A DNA stretch of 64,000 bases from Lama guanicoe (taxonomy: Eukaryota), in the NCBI GenBank assembly GCA_013239625.1, contig MU056050.1, forward strand, positions 30,337-94,336, read 5' to 3'. The translations under genes were made by a program, and so were the position numbers. Below are positions 1 through 13,435 of the stretch, one piece after another (positions within the stretch are counted from its first letter, which is position 1; every line of letters starts with the position of its first letter). Under the pieces are notes generated by a model. That model had not been told where the DNA came from and searched no databases. It saw only the letters and a program-made list of their open reading frames with translations.

Positions 1-21
1 ATATATATATATATATATATA
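1..21. repeat. (AT)n microsatellite, truncated by window edge
   Basis: atatatatatatatatatata at window start. Confidence 0.9.
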
Positions 22-798
22 CACCTTTGTATAAACTATACCATACCTATATAACCATATATGCCACCGAGTTACAACCACACACACACACAGAGTTCAA
101 CTCCTTCAAACACCGGTATCCTTGAGGTAACACTTTTGTGTGGCGTCACACTGGGGTTAATCAGAAGTGGAAATTCTTCAGTTAATACACGGAAGAGCCC
201 AGTTATACTAAATTATTTAAAACCAAGCATAAGCTCTTTGCAGAAGGGGTGAATTTATAAGTATTCACCCACTGGAGTGGGGAGAAAAAGGAACCCCCCA
301 CTCACAGCCCCATGGGTCAGAGGCCCTCTCCTGCTGCTGTTTCTAAGTGTGTGGTAAAGCAGTGTAGACAGTAGCAGCCCTGAATCTTAATTTTCTGGAA
401 TTCTTTGATGTGCCAGCCCGAAAGCATTGCTGACGTAATAGGTTGGGCGTCACGGCGGAGGTGGGAGGGTGAGTTGCAGCGTTTGAAATATGTGTAAAAG
501 TGAAACAAACCGAACCAACAATTTCCAACAGAGTTCCACTGACTTAAGGAAGGTGGAAGTTAAGCACGAATTATACAGAGTGGAAATGATTATACAAGAG
601 TGGAACGTATGCCAGGCAGGTATCTCACACAGTCAAAGTTTTGAGACTACCAGATGCATTCGTGAATATTCTCTTGAGGAATTTCTAGCACTTGAGGTCT
701 CTTGTTTGTTTTTGTGGTGCTGTTATGAAGAGATGGGTTGCATGGAATTGTTGATGGTGGGGGATGGCTCTTAGTTCAGAGCTCATCTGGGGGGAGGG

Positions 799-912
799 AG
801 GAGGTGATTAGGTATATTTATTTAATTTCTTTTGGATGGAAGTACTGGAGATTGAAGCCAGGACATCGTGCATGCTAAGCATGTGCTGAACCACTCGAGC
901 TACACAACCCCA
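799..912 (-). mobile_element. Camelid Vic-1-like tRNA-derived SINE
   Basis: Reverse complement reads ...gtagctcgagtggttcagcacatgcttagcatgcacgatgtcctggcttcaatctccagtacttcc...aaataaatatacctaatcacctcc: A/B-box head plus AT-rich tail; clearly the same family as the copy at 23812-23943. Confidence 0.75.
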
Positions 913-1509
913 CCCCACCCCCCACCGCAGGCCAGGCTGGAGTCTTACATTTGATAGTTTGAAATAGTTTTTCTCTTGCTCAGTCAGTGATGACCAATTT
1001 GTGGGTCAATGGATCAGGAGTGATTATCCGAGCCCGTAGAAAAGCCTAAGTTTTATCAGAGAAGGATTTGGTGGGGGGAAGCAAAAGAAAAGAAAGAGAG
1101 AAGAAGAAAAATGAGGATGGGATCATTAGCTTTGCTGCAGAGAGCGTGTGTGAGGGCTGCGATGGCCCTGGGCTGCGATGGCCCTGGGCTGCAGAGCTGG
1201 TGGCGGGGAGTAGTCTGGAAAGCAGTGCTGGCGCCCTAAAGCCACGGGCTGGGCTCACAGTCAGCTCTGGCCAGGGCTTGGGAGGCCCAGGCCTCTGCTT
1301 TCTCAAGCAGGCAAAGGGAGCTCAGAGGAAAAGAAAAACTGAAGTTTCGGTGACTTGCTTTTCCTGGGTTTGCGTCGTGGTCTCTTAATGGGGTTCTGAG
1401 GGGAAAAGGAGCCACAAGAAACAAATGAAGAAACAGAGAGACTGTTGTCATCTGTTGCCAAACTCTACAGCATGAATGTCCCGAAGAAAAATTTCCCACT
1501 TCTGTTGAC

Positions 1510-1960
1510 TTGTAATTGACAGACAGCCCTGTATTAGTTGAAGGGGTACAGCATGATGATGTGACTTACATGTTCATGAAATGATTACCACAGTAAGTTT
1601 CATCAACATCCTTCATCTCATATAGATACAGAAGTAAAGAAGAAAAGTTTTTCCCTGTGATGAGAACTCTGAGGGTTTAGTCTCTGAACAGCTTTCCTAT
1701 ATACTCTGGAGCAGTATTAATTATATTTTCATCCCCAGTGCTGATTTTTCTTATAACCTGAAACTTGTAACTTCTGACCACCTTCATCCAGTTCCCCCTC
1801 CCCGATCCCCTGCCTGTGATAACCGCAAATTTGATCTCTTTTTGTATGAGTTTGAGGGTTTTTTTTTTAATTCCACGTGGAAGTGAGATCACACAGTATT
1901 TGTTATTCTGTGTCTGACAGAAGAAAAATTTAATGGCTGCCCCCCACCACATTTTGCAAA
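1510..1960 (-). mobile_element. L1 3'-end fragment
   Basis: Typical reverse-oriented L1 3'UTR words (ggtacagcatgatgat, taaccgcaaatttgatctctttttgtatgagttt, ttccacgtggaagtgagatcacacagtatttgt); boundaries approximate. Confidence 0.7.
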
Positions 1961-3222
1961 TACGGTAAGACTTGTTTTATGAAACCAGTATTGGAAAAAT
2001 GGAAGTAGTACCAGCCTGTACCTCAGTTCAGGCTGCTTTGCGTTTTGCTTATGCAGATGTGACCACTGGCACACCTGATCCCCCTAAAATGGACGTAAGT
2101 CCATTAACTGGGATGCTAAGGGAACAGTGGCGTCCGCGGGACAGGTTTTATTTTCAGTTGTTCATAGTTGGCAGATATTTAGGGAGGAGCCATTTGGTGA
2201 CTCTTCACCCACGTGGTTGTCGACCGTCTTCCTAAAACACAGGTTGCACCTTCTTATGTGAAGCATAAGGGACGGGCTGGGGATCTCCTGGCGGAGTAGC
2301 AGGGACTAGAGGGCCCAGCCATGCCCGGCAGCAGAGGCCGCGGTCCTGCACCTGCAGGCAGAGCAGAGTGAGCTGACCTGGTCCCGAGCGCAGGAAGGTC
2401 TGGAGGGCGGGGCAGGGTGCAGAGTGTGGAACTGCCCAGGGCGACCATGGTGTGCCTCTTAGCCCCGAACTCTTGGCTGGCAAAGACTTTAAGAGTTGTA
2501 GTAAATTTGGGCTGTGTTGCTCTAAACATTCATTATTCCTAAAGTCTAATGTGAAAGGCAGCGTCCGGGGCTTCAGCTACCAAGGTGTGCCAGCAAGACA
2601 AGCCGCAATCTCCCTGGAACCCCATGACCAAGACCCTCTCACAAACCATCTCCATCTTTTGAGCCATCAAGAGGTTTCAGAGGATGAATGACCCTTCAGT
2701 CATCTTTGAGGACAGCTTTTATTGAAAAGTCCAACACACTCTAATTGATTATTTACTGTACACAGAGGGTGGGCTTTTGGAAATGGGAGTTGTCCCCCTC
2801 TGCGTCACTTTAAAGGCGGCCACGTTTTCCCGTGCCGTCCACATCCGAGGTGACACGAGCCTAGTGTGTAGGGGTGAGTGGCAGCTTGGCAGCTGATGGT
2901 CAGTTGTCAGGACGCAGACCTACCAGGCCCAGTAATCGCAGCAGGGACCCAGTGCGGTTCGACAACTCCAGCTGCATCTGAGTGGGGGGCGGGGGTGATA
3001 GTGAAGGTGGGAGGAGGGAGACTAAGCCATAAATCAAGCCAGAGCCTGGCAGGTAGTCATTGCTCAGTAAGGGTGAGCTGAAGGGCGGGCCTTGCTGGTA
3101 ACTGTCCTGAGAGGTTTGAAAAGAAGCAAATAGCTTCTGCTGGTGCAATTCAATGCGTTTTTTCATGTCTGACATTAAGTGGTGAATGTACTAAAGCAAT
3201 TCCCTTTTCTCTCTGATTGAAG

Positions 3223-3615
3223 GTTTGGTTTAAGAACAGAAGGGCCAAGTGGAGGAGACAGCAGAGGGCATTAATTTTCAGAAACATGAGCCCCATGCTC
3301 CTGGCTTCCCCTGTCGTCATCGTAGGCTTTTGGGAACCCTGCGGTGCCATGCTTTTTTGGGAGCCGGTTTGGATGTACGTTCCTGTGGTGCCACTGCAGC
3401 TTGGGCCATTCCTGTGGCTGCCGCTGCTCCCTGTGCAGCCCTTGAGGCTCCTGCCTGCTGTCCTGCCCTTCCCTCCCCTGCTGCTGTTCCAGCCCTTCAG
3501 GCCCTTCCTGCCTCAGTTCTTGCCTCCTGTGCCCTGGGGTTCTCCACCTCTTCTTCCCTGTGGCTGCCCTCACGGGGGGTGGCTTGGTCCCCTCCAATCG
3601 GTGCTGCTTCTGTAG
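3223..3615 (+). CDS. Terminal coding exon of a RHOXF/ESX1-class paired-like homeobox gene (upstream exons outside window)
   Basis: Pyrimidine-rich acceptor ending AG at 3221-3222, then phase-0 VWFKNRRAKWRRQQRALIFRNM (homeodomain helix 3 at the paired-like intron position; resembles RHOXF2 IWFENRRAKWRRHQRALMARNM), Pro/Leu-rich tail, TAG 3613-3615, AATAAA 3788-3793. Whether the whole gene is intact cannot be seen. Confidence 0.85.
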   Translation, partial: VWFKNRRAKWRRQQRALIFRNMSPMLLASPVVIVGFWEPCGAMLFWEPVWMYVPVVPLQLGPFLWLPLLPVQPLRLLPAVLPFPPLLLFQPFRPFLPQFLPPVPWGSPPLLPCGCPHGGWLGPLQSVLLL

Positions 3616-3787
3616 TCCCAGTGTCCTCAGGAATGGTCTCTGTGACAGGGGTTTTCAAAACGCCTCTGAGCCGTATTCCAGTTCTGCCTGCCTCCGCGCC
3701 AGGAACAGCTCACCAGATGCCTGCTAAGTGTGTTAAATACAGGTACATTCACTGACCCACTGTTTTAGGGCTCATATTTGTAGTTTC

Positions 3788-3793
3788 AATAAA
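3788..3793 (+). terminator. Polyadenylation signal of the RHOXF-like gene
   Basis: AATAAA about 170 nt after the stop, followed by GT-rich tttcgtgtgtc. Confidence 0.7.
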
Positions 3794-4689
3794 GTTGCGA
3801 ATTCTCTGCATACAGTTTCGTGTGTCACGTGGGCTTAGTAAGTTTGATGGAAATTGCTAAGCCAATGCCATTCAAACCAACTGTCAAGGAGGCCTCCGTT
3901 CACGCAGTAATAGGCCTGAGTCTCCATGGGAAGGCCACACGCATCTCAGAAGTTCCCCAGGTGCCCATGGGGGCTTTCCACAGACCCACCGGTTCTCCTC
4001 CACCCTCTCCCCCAACACCCCATCCTCCCCCCACCCTGCCACACTAGGACCACACAGACGTGCGAGTCGGGGTGGAGAACAGCGTGTTTCAGGGCAGGCC
4101 CGAGCCCCACTCCTGGTGCTGAGCTCAGGTACACGGACTCCCCTTGGAGGAGGCTTCCTAAGAGGCTAGTGACAGGGCTTTATGGAGAAGAGGGAGCTGG
4201 GGGTTCATCTCCCAGTTCTGTTCCCGCCTTCCCTTTTGTGGAGGGGAAGCGGGGATAGAAACCACTCCAGAGGGAGGGAGGGTCCTGCCTCTGCAGGGCT
4301 AACTCAGAGGAGACTCCCTCTTGGCCAGTGTGAGGCGCTTCTCCCTTCCCCTCCCGCAGCCCGGACGTGGACTGCACATCATTGCCCCCTGCCCAGCTCA
4401 GGGCAGAGGATCAGGCCTTGCAATGTATTTTGGCACCTTCAGCATCCTTGAGAGACCCGGTTCCAGCTAATTCCACCCTGAAAGGAAACCTCTTGGTTTA
4501 GTGCTGCCTGAGCAAGGAAGGGATGGTCCCTGAGCAATGACCAAGATAATCACTTCCTTTAAAAGAAGCAGGTAGACCTTGCCTTTGTTCATGCTGCCTT
4601 CTATGAATGGAACCCTCAGTGTGGAAAATTAGGGGAAAAAATGGGGGTTGGAAAAGGAGGCTAGGCTCATGTTGAAAAACTATTACCTT

Positions 4690-5055
4690 CTGTGTAGCAA
4701 TGCAAGCCTTCTTAAAGTTAGTTTTGTTGTTCAGTGGGAGCTGATTATGCCACCCCGCATTGTTCCAATTTAACATGTGGATGATTTGCTGCTGAAGACA
4801 ATGGGCTTCCTGTAGACAAAGAGCTTTTACCTCCCCCAACTGCCTACAAGATTTTGGATACGAACTCTTTACCAGGAAGATAGCTATTACCAGAGAGAAC
4901 TTTTTATATAAGAAAGACTCAGTTGCATGGCAATCGTTTGTTTATGGGACAGTTGCTCTTGTTATCTTCCTGTGAATTGTCTTCCTTCCTTTTGAAGCCC
5001 CAGACCCTTCCCCATTCTCCTGAGCTCAGGACAGTATATAAACTTCAACTGACAA
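4690..5055 (+). mobile_element. Probable ERV LTR fragment
   Basis: Starts TGTG, contains tatataa box and LTR-like words (gcttttacctccccc, tcttcctgtgaattg); family not identified. Confidence 0.4.
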
Positions 5056-5840
5056 TTGGATAATAGCTTGCTGGAGTTCAGATGAAAAGAGGAGTTAGAA
5101 TCAATAATTCTTGGTTTGTAACTTCAATCTTCAGAGAAACAACACCTAACAATAGATGCTCCTAGCTTTTATCACTTAGGCGTTTATAAGGGTTTAAGAG
5201 CTCTTTGGCAGACTTTGGGGGCAGAGTCCAATATATATTTTCTATTATCTCACAAGCCCCTACAGTGTTAGAAATATGAATGCAATTAACTCCACTGAAT
5301 TATACACTTAAGTGGTTAGAATTGCAAATTTATATCTATCTATGTATCTATCTACAGCAAAGAAAGAAAAATATATCACAAAAAAAGAGAAAATGATTAA
5401 TTGAGAACACCATGTTCATACTGTGAAGTGATTGCAATGTCTGCAGATAAGGAGCTATGGCTATGGGAGAATTCCCTCTCACGAGCGTTAAGTGAAGGTC
5501 AGTTTCACAGAACTTACGTTGCCAGTCTGAAGGAAGGTTCTGTTTTCTTGGAAAAGTACATGCTTTTTGCCAAGCTGTCTAATGCTTTTCATTCCTCTCA
5601 TCTCTCCTACCTTCACAATTGTGGGCATCAAGCATCAGCAAAACAATTACATGTAATGTGGGGCTTTTGCAAAGAGCAATGTATTGCTGCTCCACAGGCC
5701 TCAGGCCCTGGCAGGAGTGAAGAAATTCCATGAATGGAGCCAGGGGGCCACTGAGGAAGTGAGACTTGTGTATGCCTGCACCTATGGGTGCCCATTGGCC
5801 AAAAGGAGTCTTTCTTGTCTTCTTAAGACTTTGCTTTCTT

Positions 5841-6093
5841 TTTTTTAATTGAAGTATAGTCAGTTTACAATGTTGTGTCAATTTCTGGTGTTCAGCATAA
5901 TGTTTCAGTCATACATATACATACATATATTTGTTTTCATATTCTTTTTCATTATAGGTTACTGTAAGATATTGAATATGATTCCTTGTGCTAACCAGTA
6001 TAAACTTGTTGTTTATCTATTTTATATATATAGTAGTTAGTATCTGCAAATCTTGAACTCCCAGTTTATCCCTTCCCACCCCCTTCCCCCCCG
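5841..6093 (-). mobile_element. 5'-truncated L1 3' end with TSD
   Basis: T-tail then ttgaagtatagtcagtttacaatgttgtgtcaatttctgg; near-identical flanks agactttgctttctt (5826-5840) / agactttcatttctt (6094-6108). Confidence 0.85.
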
Positions 6094-7374
6094 AGACTTT
6101 CATTTCTTGCTATTTATTATTTCCATTGTGCTGTGCTTTGTATAACTGTTTACAGAAAGTCCCATGTCAGTACACATTTCAGTCTGGAAATTATTTCTAC
6201 TTGGTATATTTTCTACCACTTTGTCTAGCCCTGTCCACCCATTTTAGTCCTGCATTCATACTAAAACCCTTGGGGATCTGGAGATACTCAGGACAAAGAG
6301 GTGGGGAAAGGCGAGAGAAAATTGAAATCACACTCCCATTATCTCTCCCTATGGTGATCAGATTCATCAAATTTTCACACCATCCAAAGAGATTTTCAAC
6401 CATATATCAGTTCTTTTTATCCCAGAAAAGGCTATATCCTGTAATCACTTGGCATTAGCTTTCATGCGTCTGATAAGTCCATCGAAAGGAAATCAAATGG
6501 AGTTGGTATTGTAAGAGACCTCTGTAACATGTAGCCGGGAGGCCACTTAGAAAGTGAGACTTATGTATGCCTCAGTGCAGATGGACTTTTGACCACTTAT
6601 TGTCTTAATCGGGCATCCAACCTAGCTACTTGTTGCACACTTACCCTAAAAGAACTCGTGACAGTCTATCCCTTAAGGACAAATATATCCTTCTTGCATC
6701 AAGTTCAATCATAATTCTTGCCAGGCAAGTTTAACAACCTTGTGGCTTTTGCCTTTATAAGCCCTGACTCTTTCTCTTCCCTGAAACAGTCTCAGTTTTA
6801 CCCAAATCTGTCTCCCAATTTGTGTTTCCTAAGACCCCCAAATAAACTCTTTTCTTAGTTGCAGCCTTCTGCATTTTCTTGGTTGACACCTCTTAGGATC
6901 AAAGTCTGAGAAGCTATCTAGCTACTGGTATGCTAGATTCCAAACTTCCCAAACAAAACTCTCATACTTTAAATAATTAAAATGTGTGCAATTAGAACTA
7001 AAATGCCATTTCACTTAGAAACCATACAGAATGTCTAGAAACTGATCTTGAACCACATACTGTTGAGGTAGCATATGATGGGGCTAGTTCAGGGGGCTGG
7101 GTAGGGAACAAGGTATTCATTACACTGGGTCATATTGGTGTAAATAGTACTTTTATAAATCCCTTTTACTAGTAGCTTACGTCTATTATGCCTTTACTCT
7201 GTGCAAGCAATATGCTATTGATGCTCAAATAAATCCTAAGAACAGGGTACTATTGTCAGCATTAAAGAGGAGGAACCTGTTTCCCGCTGTCACAAAGCTA
7301 ATAAGAGAGCCAGAATTTGAAACCAAGTCTGTCTGACTCCAGAGCCCATGCTTTATCAAATTTAATACAGTGAT

Positions 7375-7590
7375 CAGACACTGTGATGGCACAATCTAGC
7401 TCCTAAGCCCAGCTCTCCCGCATCCTATCTGTTTATCCCTGGGAAGTTTGCTTAACCTCTCTGGCTTCACCATTCTTTTCTATAAGATGGGAATATTAAG
7501 TCATAGGATTGATGAGAGGAATAAATGATAAATGTGTAAGTTTCTCCCACAATGCCTAGTCACAGAGTAAGCACAGAGAATTGTTCACTA
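7375..7590 (+). mobile_element. MIR SINE
   Basis: MIR core (ccctgggaagtttgcttaacctctctgg...ctataagatgggaata...gatgagaggaataaatga); further MIR-like pieces near 16.3-16.55 kb, 23.05-23.27 kb, 28.5-28.7 kb and 34.77-34.96 kb. Confidence 0.65.
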
Positions 7591-8779
7591 CTCTGATTCC
7601 ACATCACCTCCTATTATGTTATAACCTGTTGTCTCACCTTTTCTATATGGCATAAAGGATAGAGGCCTGATTAGGAGGCAGGAGATCTGGGTTCTTCTTG
7701 CAGCTGTATTATTTTCTCTGTGTCTTTGAACGAGCCACTTAACCTTCTGTATCTCTGTTGTCCCATCTATAGAATCATGGTAGTTACAGCCTTACCCATG
7801 TATTTGGAATAGGTCTAATGGTGAAAAAAATATCAGGCATGTTTCCAAAACTTTTTTACAAAAATGGATTCAATGTGTTTTGCAGGCAATCATTTAATGC
7901 ATTGTTTGCTAGAAGTTGGAGGGTCCTATTCATGTTTCTGCTCTCCACCACACTTCCAAGACCAGTGCTTCTGATTTGTCCTTCCTCTCCAAATACACAG
8001 AAAGGAAATAAAATAAATAGAAAAGAGAGGAATTTTTAAATGTAAGCATAGTGGATATTTGATGATAGTAAAAACTTATCTGTGTACTGGCTGTGATAAT
8101 AACACTATAATTTGTGTATAAAATGTGTAGCATTTAAACATATACACTGAAATACTTCCTGATGAAATTATGTGAGGTCTAGATTTGCTTCAAAATAATC
8201 ATGTGTTGAGGGCAAGGGCGTTGGAGAATTGGTAAGGTACTGATGAAACAAGATTGGATGTGAATGTAATTGTTGAAACTGGGTGATGGCTATATGTGGG
8301 TTCATTTTATGATTTTCTCTGTTTTTGTATATGTTGGATGTTTTCCATAATAATTATTTTTCAAAAAGACCCTCGGTTGAAAACCTAAATGCTACCATAA
8401 ATGAGGAAAAGAAGCAAAGTGGAGACTGTGGCAAACTGAAAGGATATGTCTCCTCCAAAAGGGAAGGCTAATACTCAGCTCCAGCTCAGTTTTTCTGGGT
8501 GGAGATTTGGGACCTGGAGCTGGAAGGTTTTCCACTTTGTCAAGACTGGCCAGAGTAGAAATATTTATATGAAACCTTATATTCTTTAAATCTTGGCAAT
8601 CAATTCAAATATGCTCTATTCAAAAATGTGTTAGTCCTGTAAAATAGGTCTGCAGACCAGATACAGGATGCAGCTGCCAACTTGCAACCTTTGCCTGAGA
8701 AGGTAATTTTAAGCAAATTTCAAAACTCTGGAGCAGTACAATGTAATTGAAACCACTTCTAAAGCCAACAATCCTAAAA

Positions 8780-9258
8780 TGCTACGGGCAGAAAACGTTT
8801 CACTTTCTCCCTCCTAGGTTCTTTGGCTGCACTAATAAATTGACAGAAGATAGATTAACAGGAGAAAAATTTAATTTCGTAAGTAAAGGAGCCCCATAAA
8901 AATATGAGATTCCCCAGCAGTCAGTCCTTGAGGCTTGTGTACCTTCCTGAGCCCAGGAGAAGGTGGCAGGGGTTTTGGGCTTCAAAAGGGAGGAAGACAA
9001 TTCACAGGAAGATGAGAAGAGCAGATGTTTAGTAAACAAATGTCTGCCATGCCATGCACAGAAGTCTTTCTGATAGAAAACATTCTCTCTGGCAATAGCT
9101 CTCTTCCTGGTACAGGCCACCTGTCTCAATTCTTTTAGGTGGTTAAAGGGGAGGGAAAAAGCTCTTCCTTTGTCTCTTGGGCCCCAGTTGTCTTCAGCTT
9201 CAAATAATCCACATGCCGAAGTGGCACATTTTGGAGTGGTGTGTTCTACTCGCCCACA
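8780..9258 (-). mobile_element. ERV1-class solo LTR (copy 1)
   Basis: Colinear with 10156-10626 over the whole length (e.g. aaattgaca...ttaacaggagaaaaa, caaataatccacatgcc.aagtggcacatttt); TG...CA ends. Confidence 0.7.
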
Positions 9259-10155
9259 CCATCATTCTGCCCTATTTTCCCTCATCATATAAGTACTACT
9301 CCCATATGTGCTCTGTTCTGCTATCCTCAGCCTTGCCTGTGGGTTTCTCTAACTTTGTCTTTCACTCTCATGACCTAGTTCTGATCTCAAATCCCTGACC
9401 ACTAAAGACCAAGACATCACAAGTATTGAAAACAGGAGACATCACAATAACAAATCAGGCTTTAGACCCCACATGACTTGACCTTTCTGGCACCTTTGTA
9501 GTTTGTTTTAATAATTCAGGCCACTGGGGCGAGCCTTAAGAAACGTTAGGCCTCAACAGATAAGGTAAGAGGCTGAGGATGTCAGAGCATCCCAGAGATG
9601 GAAAGGGGGATTTTAGGAAGCTAATATTTCTTTTGGTAAACAAATATTTTCCCCCTGCAATTTAGCAGTTCTTTCAATCTCCTTTATTTCTTTTTCTTCT
9701 GTTAAATTGAAAGAACGTTTACATTTAATAATTGTTTATATTCAAAAAGCATATATAATATGATTCCTTCAAACAATTCCCTACTCTCCCTCCACCTCCA
9801 CCTGGCTTGGAGCAGACATGTCTAAGCCCTGCAGATATACCAGAACTGTAGCATCTACTTGCTTTATGTTGATACGATTCTTGAGTATTTGTTTATTTCC
9901 CACTATACTGAATTCATGAAAATGAGACTTATTTTATTCATCACAGAGTTTGCAGTCCCTAGCACTTTGTAGGCTCCCAGACATTGTTGAATAAATGAAC
10001 AGACATAATAGGTTCAAGAGGATAACAGGATATTTAAATACAAATGCTTTGTAGGGAATTGGGAAGGGTTGATATTAAAGGTTTTAATTGGAAAGGAGAA
10101 AACCTTCCTCTGAGACAAGATAATTTAATTACTGTAGGAAAAATGATCTTCTAAG

Positions 10156-10626
10156 TATAGAGGTGAAATACTTTTCCTCTTTTCCCCTGTAGGTTCCTTG
10201 GCTGGTCTAATAATTAAATTGACATAAGACCAATTAACAGGAGAAAAACAAATTTCATTATGTACCACAGCCCCACCAAGACATGAAGACTCCCTCACTG
10301 GCAGTCAGGCAGTTGAGGCTTATATATCATCCTGAGCTAAGGAGAAGAGGGGAGGGGTCTGGGACTCAAACGGAAATAAGACAATTTGTAGGAAGATGAG
10401 AAGCGCAAATGTTTGCCATGCCTTGCACATGTGTCTTTCTGATATAAAAAGTTCTCTCTGGTGGTAGTTTTCTTCCTAGTATAGCCCCCATCTCAATTCT
10501 TTTAGGAAGATAAGGAGGAGGGGTAAAAAGCTTTTCCTGAGTCTGCTGGTCTTAGTTGCCTTCAGTTCAAAATAATCCACATGCCAAAGTGGCACATTTT
10601 GGGGTGATGTGTTCTGCTCCCCCTCA
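10156..10626 (-). mobile_element. ERV1-class solo LTR (copy 2)
   Basis: Same family as 8780-9258; 4-bp flanks taag/gaag consistent with a mutated TSD. Confidence 0.7.
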
Positions 10627-11061
10627 GAAGTTATAGATGAAGCAGCCTTGAGAAAAATCTGTTAAATGGTTTCATTCTAATCCTGAAGAATGATGTAAGG
10701 ATGAGATCAGGTCTCTAGTGAGACAGTAGTGGTGTGGAAAAATGGATAGTACAGGAAGGAAGAGAGTTTAATTATTGCTATATTAGTTTTAGAATTACCT
10801 ATCTGTGTGTCAGGAGCAGGACTAAGAAGGGCAGTACTTTGTCCCTTTTCTCAACATCATTATTGGATCCAAGGTTGGATGGATACTACACGATCAACTC
10901 AGCTCCCATGGGCATCAGCCCAAGAATGATTTGAACAGCCTTTGAACATTTCTGTATGTATATTAACCAGTGTTCATTTGAGTCTTCACATTAGCATCTT
11001 AAGCTCAGTTTTCCTCATTCAGGTTCCCCATGTTGTACCTCTGGAGTGGGAATGGGAAGGG

Positions 11062-11595
11062 TGTGATGGTTTATTTTATGTGTCAATTTGGCTGCTCTAA
11101 GGGATGTCCAGATAGCTGGTAAAATGTTATTTCTGGGTGTACCTCTGATAGTATTTCTGGAAGAGATTAGTATTTGAATTGGTAGACTGAGTAAAGAAAA
11201 TCATTCTTGCCAATGGAAAGCATCCGTTCCATTGAGGGCCTGAAGAGAACAAAAAGGCAGAGAGAAGGGCAAATTTGCTCTTTTGCCTGAGCTGGGGCAT
11301 CCATCTTCTCCATCTTCTCCTGCCCTCAGACATTGGCACTTCTGATTTTGGGGACTTCAGACTCAGACCAGCACTTACACCATTGCCTCACTCACCACTC
11401 CCCCCTCCAACCATGTCTCAGGCCTTCAGACTCAGACTGAATTACACTACCCATTTTCCTCATTCTCCAGCTTGTGGATGGCAAATTATGGGATTTCTCG
11501 GCCTCTGTAATTGCGTAGGCCAATTCCTATTTTATCTATATCTATATATCATCTCTCCTATTGATTCTGTTTCTCTGAAGAACCCTGACTAATAT
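11062..11595 (+). mobile_element. MLT2 (ERVL) solo LTR
   Basis: Begins tgtgatggtttattttatgtgtcaatttggctg, ends ctattgattctgtttctctgaagaaccctgactaata, the recognisable MLT2 termini. Confidence 0.8.
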
Positions 11596-11599
11596 GGGA

Positions 11600-12055
11600 G
11601 GTGGGAGGTGCAGGGAGGTTCCAAGGACCCTCTCCTTGGGTTTAGTTAATTTTCTAGAGCAACTCACAGAACTCAGAGAAACATTTTACTTGCCAGATTA
11701 CTGGTTTATTATAAAAGGATATAACTCTGGAACAGCCAGATGGAAGAGGCGCAGAGGGCATGATGTGGGGAAGGGGCACAGGACTTCCATGCCCTCTCCA
11801 AGCTTACAACTCCCCTACAAATCTCCATGTATTCACCAACCCCGAAGCTCTCTGAACCCCATCCTTTTGGGTTTTTGTGGAAGCTTCATAACATAGGCAC
11901 GATTGATTAAATCATTGACTGTTGGCCATTAACTCAATCTCTAGCTCCTCTACCCTCCCTTGAAGGTCAGCAGTGGGACTGAAAATTACTACCCTCTAAT
12001 CACAGGGTTGGTTCTCCTGGCAACCACTTCCCATCCTTAGGCGAAGTCCTAAGGT
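11600..12055 (-). mobile_element. MER21-like LTR
   Basis: ctagagcaactcacagaactcagagaaacatttt...tttattataaaaggatataactc...acagccagatggaagag, characteristic of MER21; a related end fragment lies near 5155-5255. Confidence 0.65.
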
Positions 12056-13069
12056 TATGCACTGGGCCTAAATTTCCTTCCCAATCATTTGGGTTAGTTC
12101 CTTCTGGGAATTTGGGGTTGGCTGGAGAGCTTTTAAAGAAGTACTTACTCACTATGCCAGCATTGTTTCCTTTTGCATCCTTAGGGCCATACATTTACAA
12201 ATTGCTTCACATACATAATTTCATGAGATCATCTCAGCAATCCCCAGAAGTATGTCAAAATCAAGGTGTGAAAGTATTTGTGAAAAGTACAATCATATTT
12301 CTAGTGTTTGTACCATCACAGTCTTACTTTTCCCTGTGGAAATTTTATACTCCTACATATCCTAGTGAATTAAATGGTGTTTTTGTGGCCTAAGGAAAAA
12401 GATGCCTCACCAAAAATGGAGTTCTCTATCACCAACTTTAGAATTATCATATTAACAGGGGATGTGCATGGACCAAAAGTCATTTTTATTTATTTAGCTT
12501 TGGGATGTATTGACTGCACTGTCAGATGTAAAGGCTCATGAGTTTTTACTTCATCCTATACCTGTCTCTGATCCCTTCATATGGCTGAGGAGTTTGGGGG
12601 TTGCTATGCATAACTAGTGGGGTATATGAAGAAGGATGGCTCTAAATATCTTCTCATTATACTTCCTCAGAACAGAAACTGGTTGAAATTGGTGGAGGAA
12701 AATTACCCACTCCCCTGGGAGAAATTCCCAGCTTTCTCTGTTCCTCTCACAAGGCTGTCAAAGGTTAAGGCCTCCGGGTAGGCAATTCCTAAAGTTCTCT
12801 GAAGTCCTAGTTGGGTGGGAAAGGAGATAGGCCAGCATTTTCTGCCTCCACACCTTTCATCCATGCTCCAGAGGGCAGAGCACACTGTTTCCATTATGAG
12901 GGGGATAAAAGCTAAGTGAGAAAGAATGGTCCAAAATATTAGTCACTCTTGAGGTTTCCTACTTTGGAGCATGTCTACCTTTGGGGGAAGACAAAGACCC
13001 CTGCCTACTATACCCAGTGTTCCTGAATCAGGCTGGAATAAGACAGAAAATAAGCAAGGACGTAAGAGA

Positions 13070-13435
13070 TTAGACTTTCTGTATGTGATTGAATTTTAGT
13101 ATTACTTTAAAACAGATTGTTATCATTTTAGGGCTTTATTTGTAATCCCCATGGCAACCACAAAGTAAATATGTATAAAATGTTCACAAAAGGAAATGGA
13201 AAGGGAATCAAAACATCTCTCTACACAAAATCCACTAAACACAAAGGAAAGCAGTAAGGAAGAAATCAGGGACAAAAAGCTGTAAGACACATAGAAAACA
13301 AATAACCAAATGTCAGTAGTAAGTTCTTACTTATAAGTAATTACTTTAAAAGTAAATGAATTAAACTTCCCAATGAAAAGACATAGTTGGGCAGCACTGA
13401 TTACAAAAACAGGATCCAACTGTATGCTGTTTACA
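13070..13435 (+). mobile_element. Old L1 fragment (inter-ORF region / start of ORF2)
   Basis: gtaatccccatggcaaccacaaag...aagtaattactttaaaagtaaatgaattaaacttcccaatgaaaagacatag...aaaacaggatccaactgtatgctgtttaca matches the start of the ORF2 endonuclease. Confidence 0.7.

Noticed and set aside
1154..1192. 16-bp tandem duplication gggctgcgatggccct
   Set aside because: Simple local slippage in an intron with no spacers; not CRISPR-like
8780..10626. Two similar LTRs as the ends of one provirus
   Set aside because: The 900-bp spacer has no retroviral internal sequence (it includes L2-like DNA), the LTRs are quite diverged, and the second has its own TSD-like flanks
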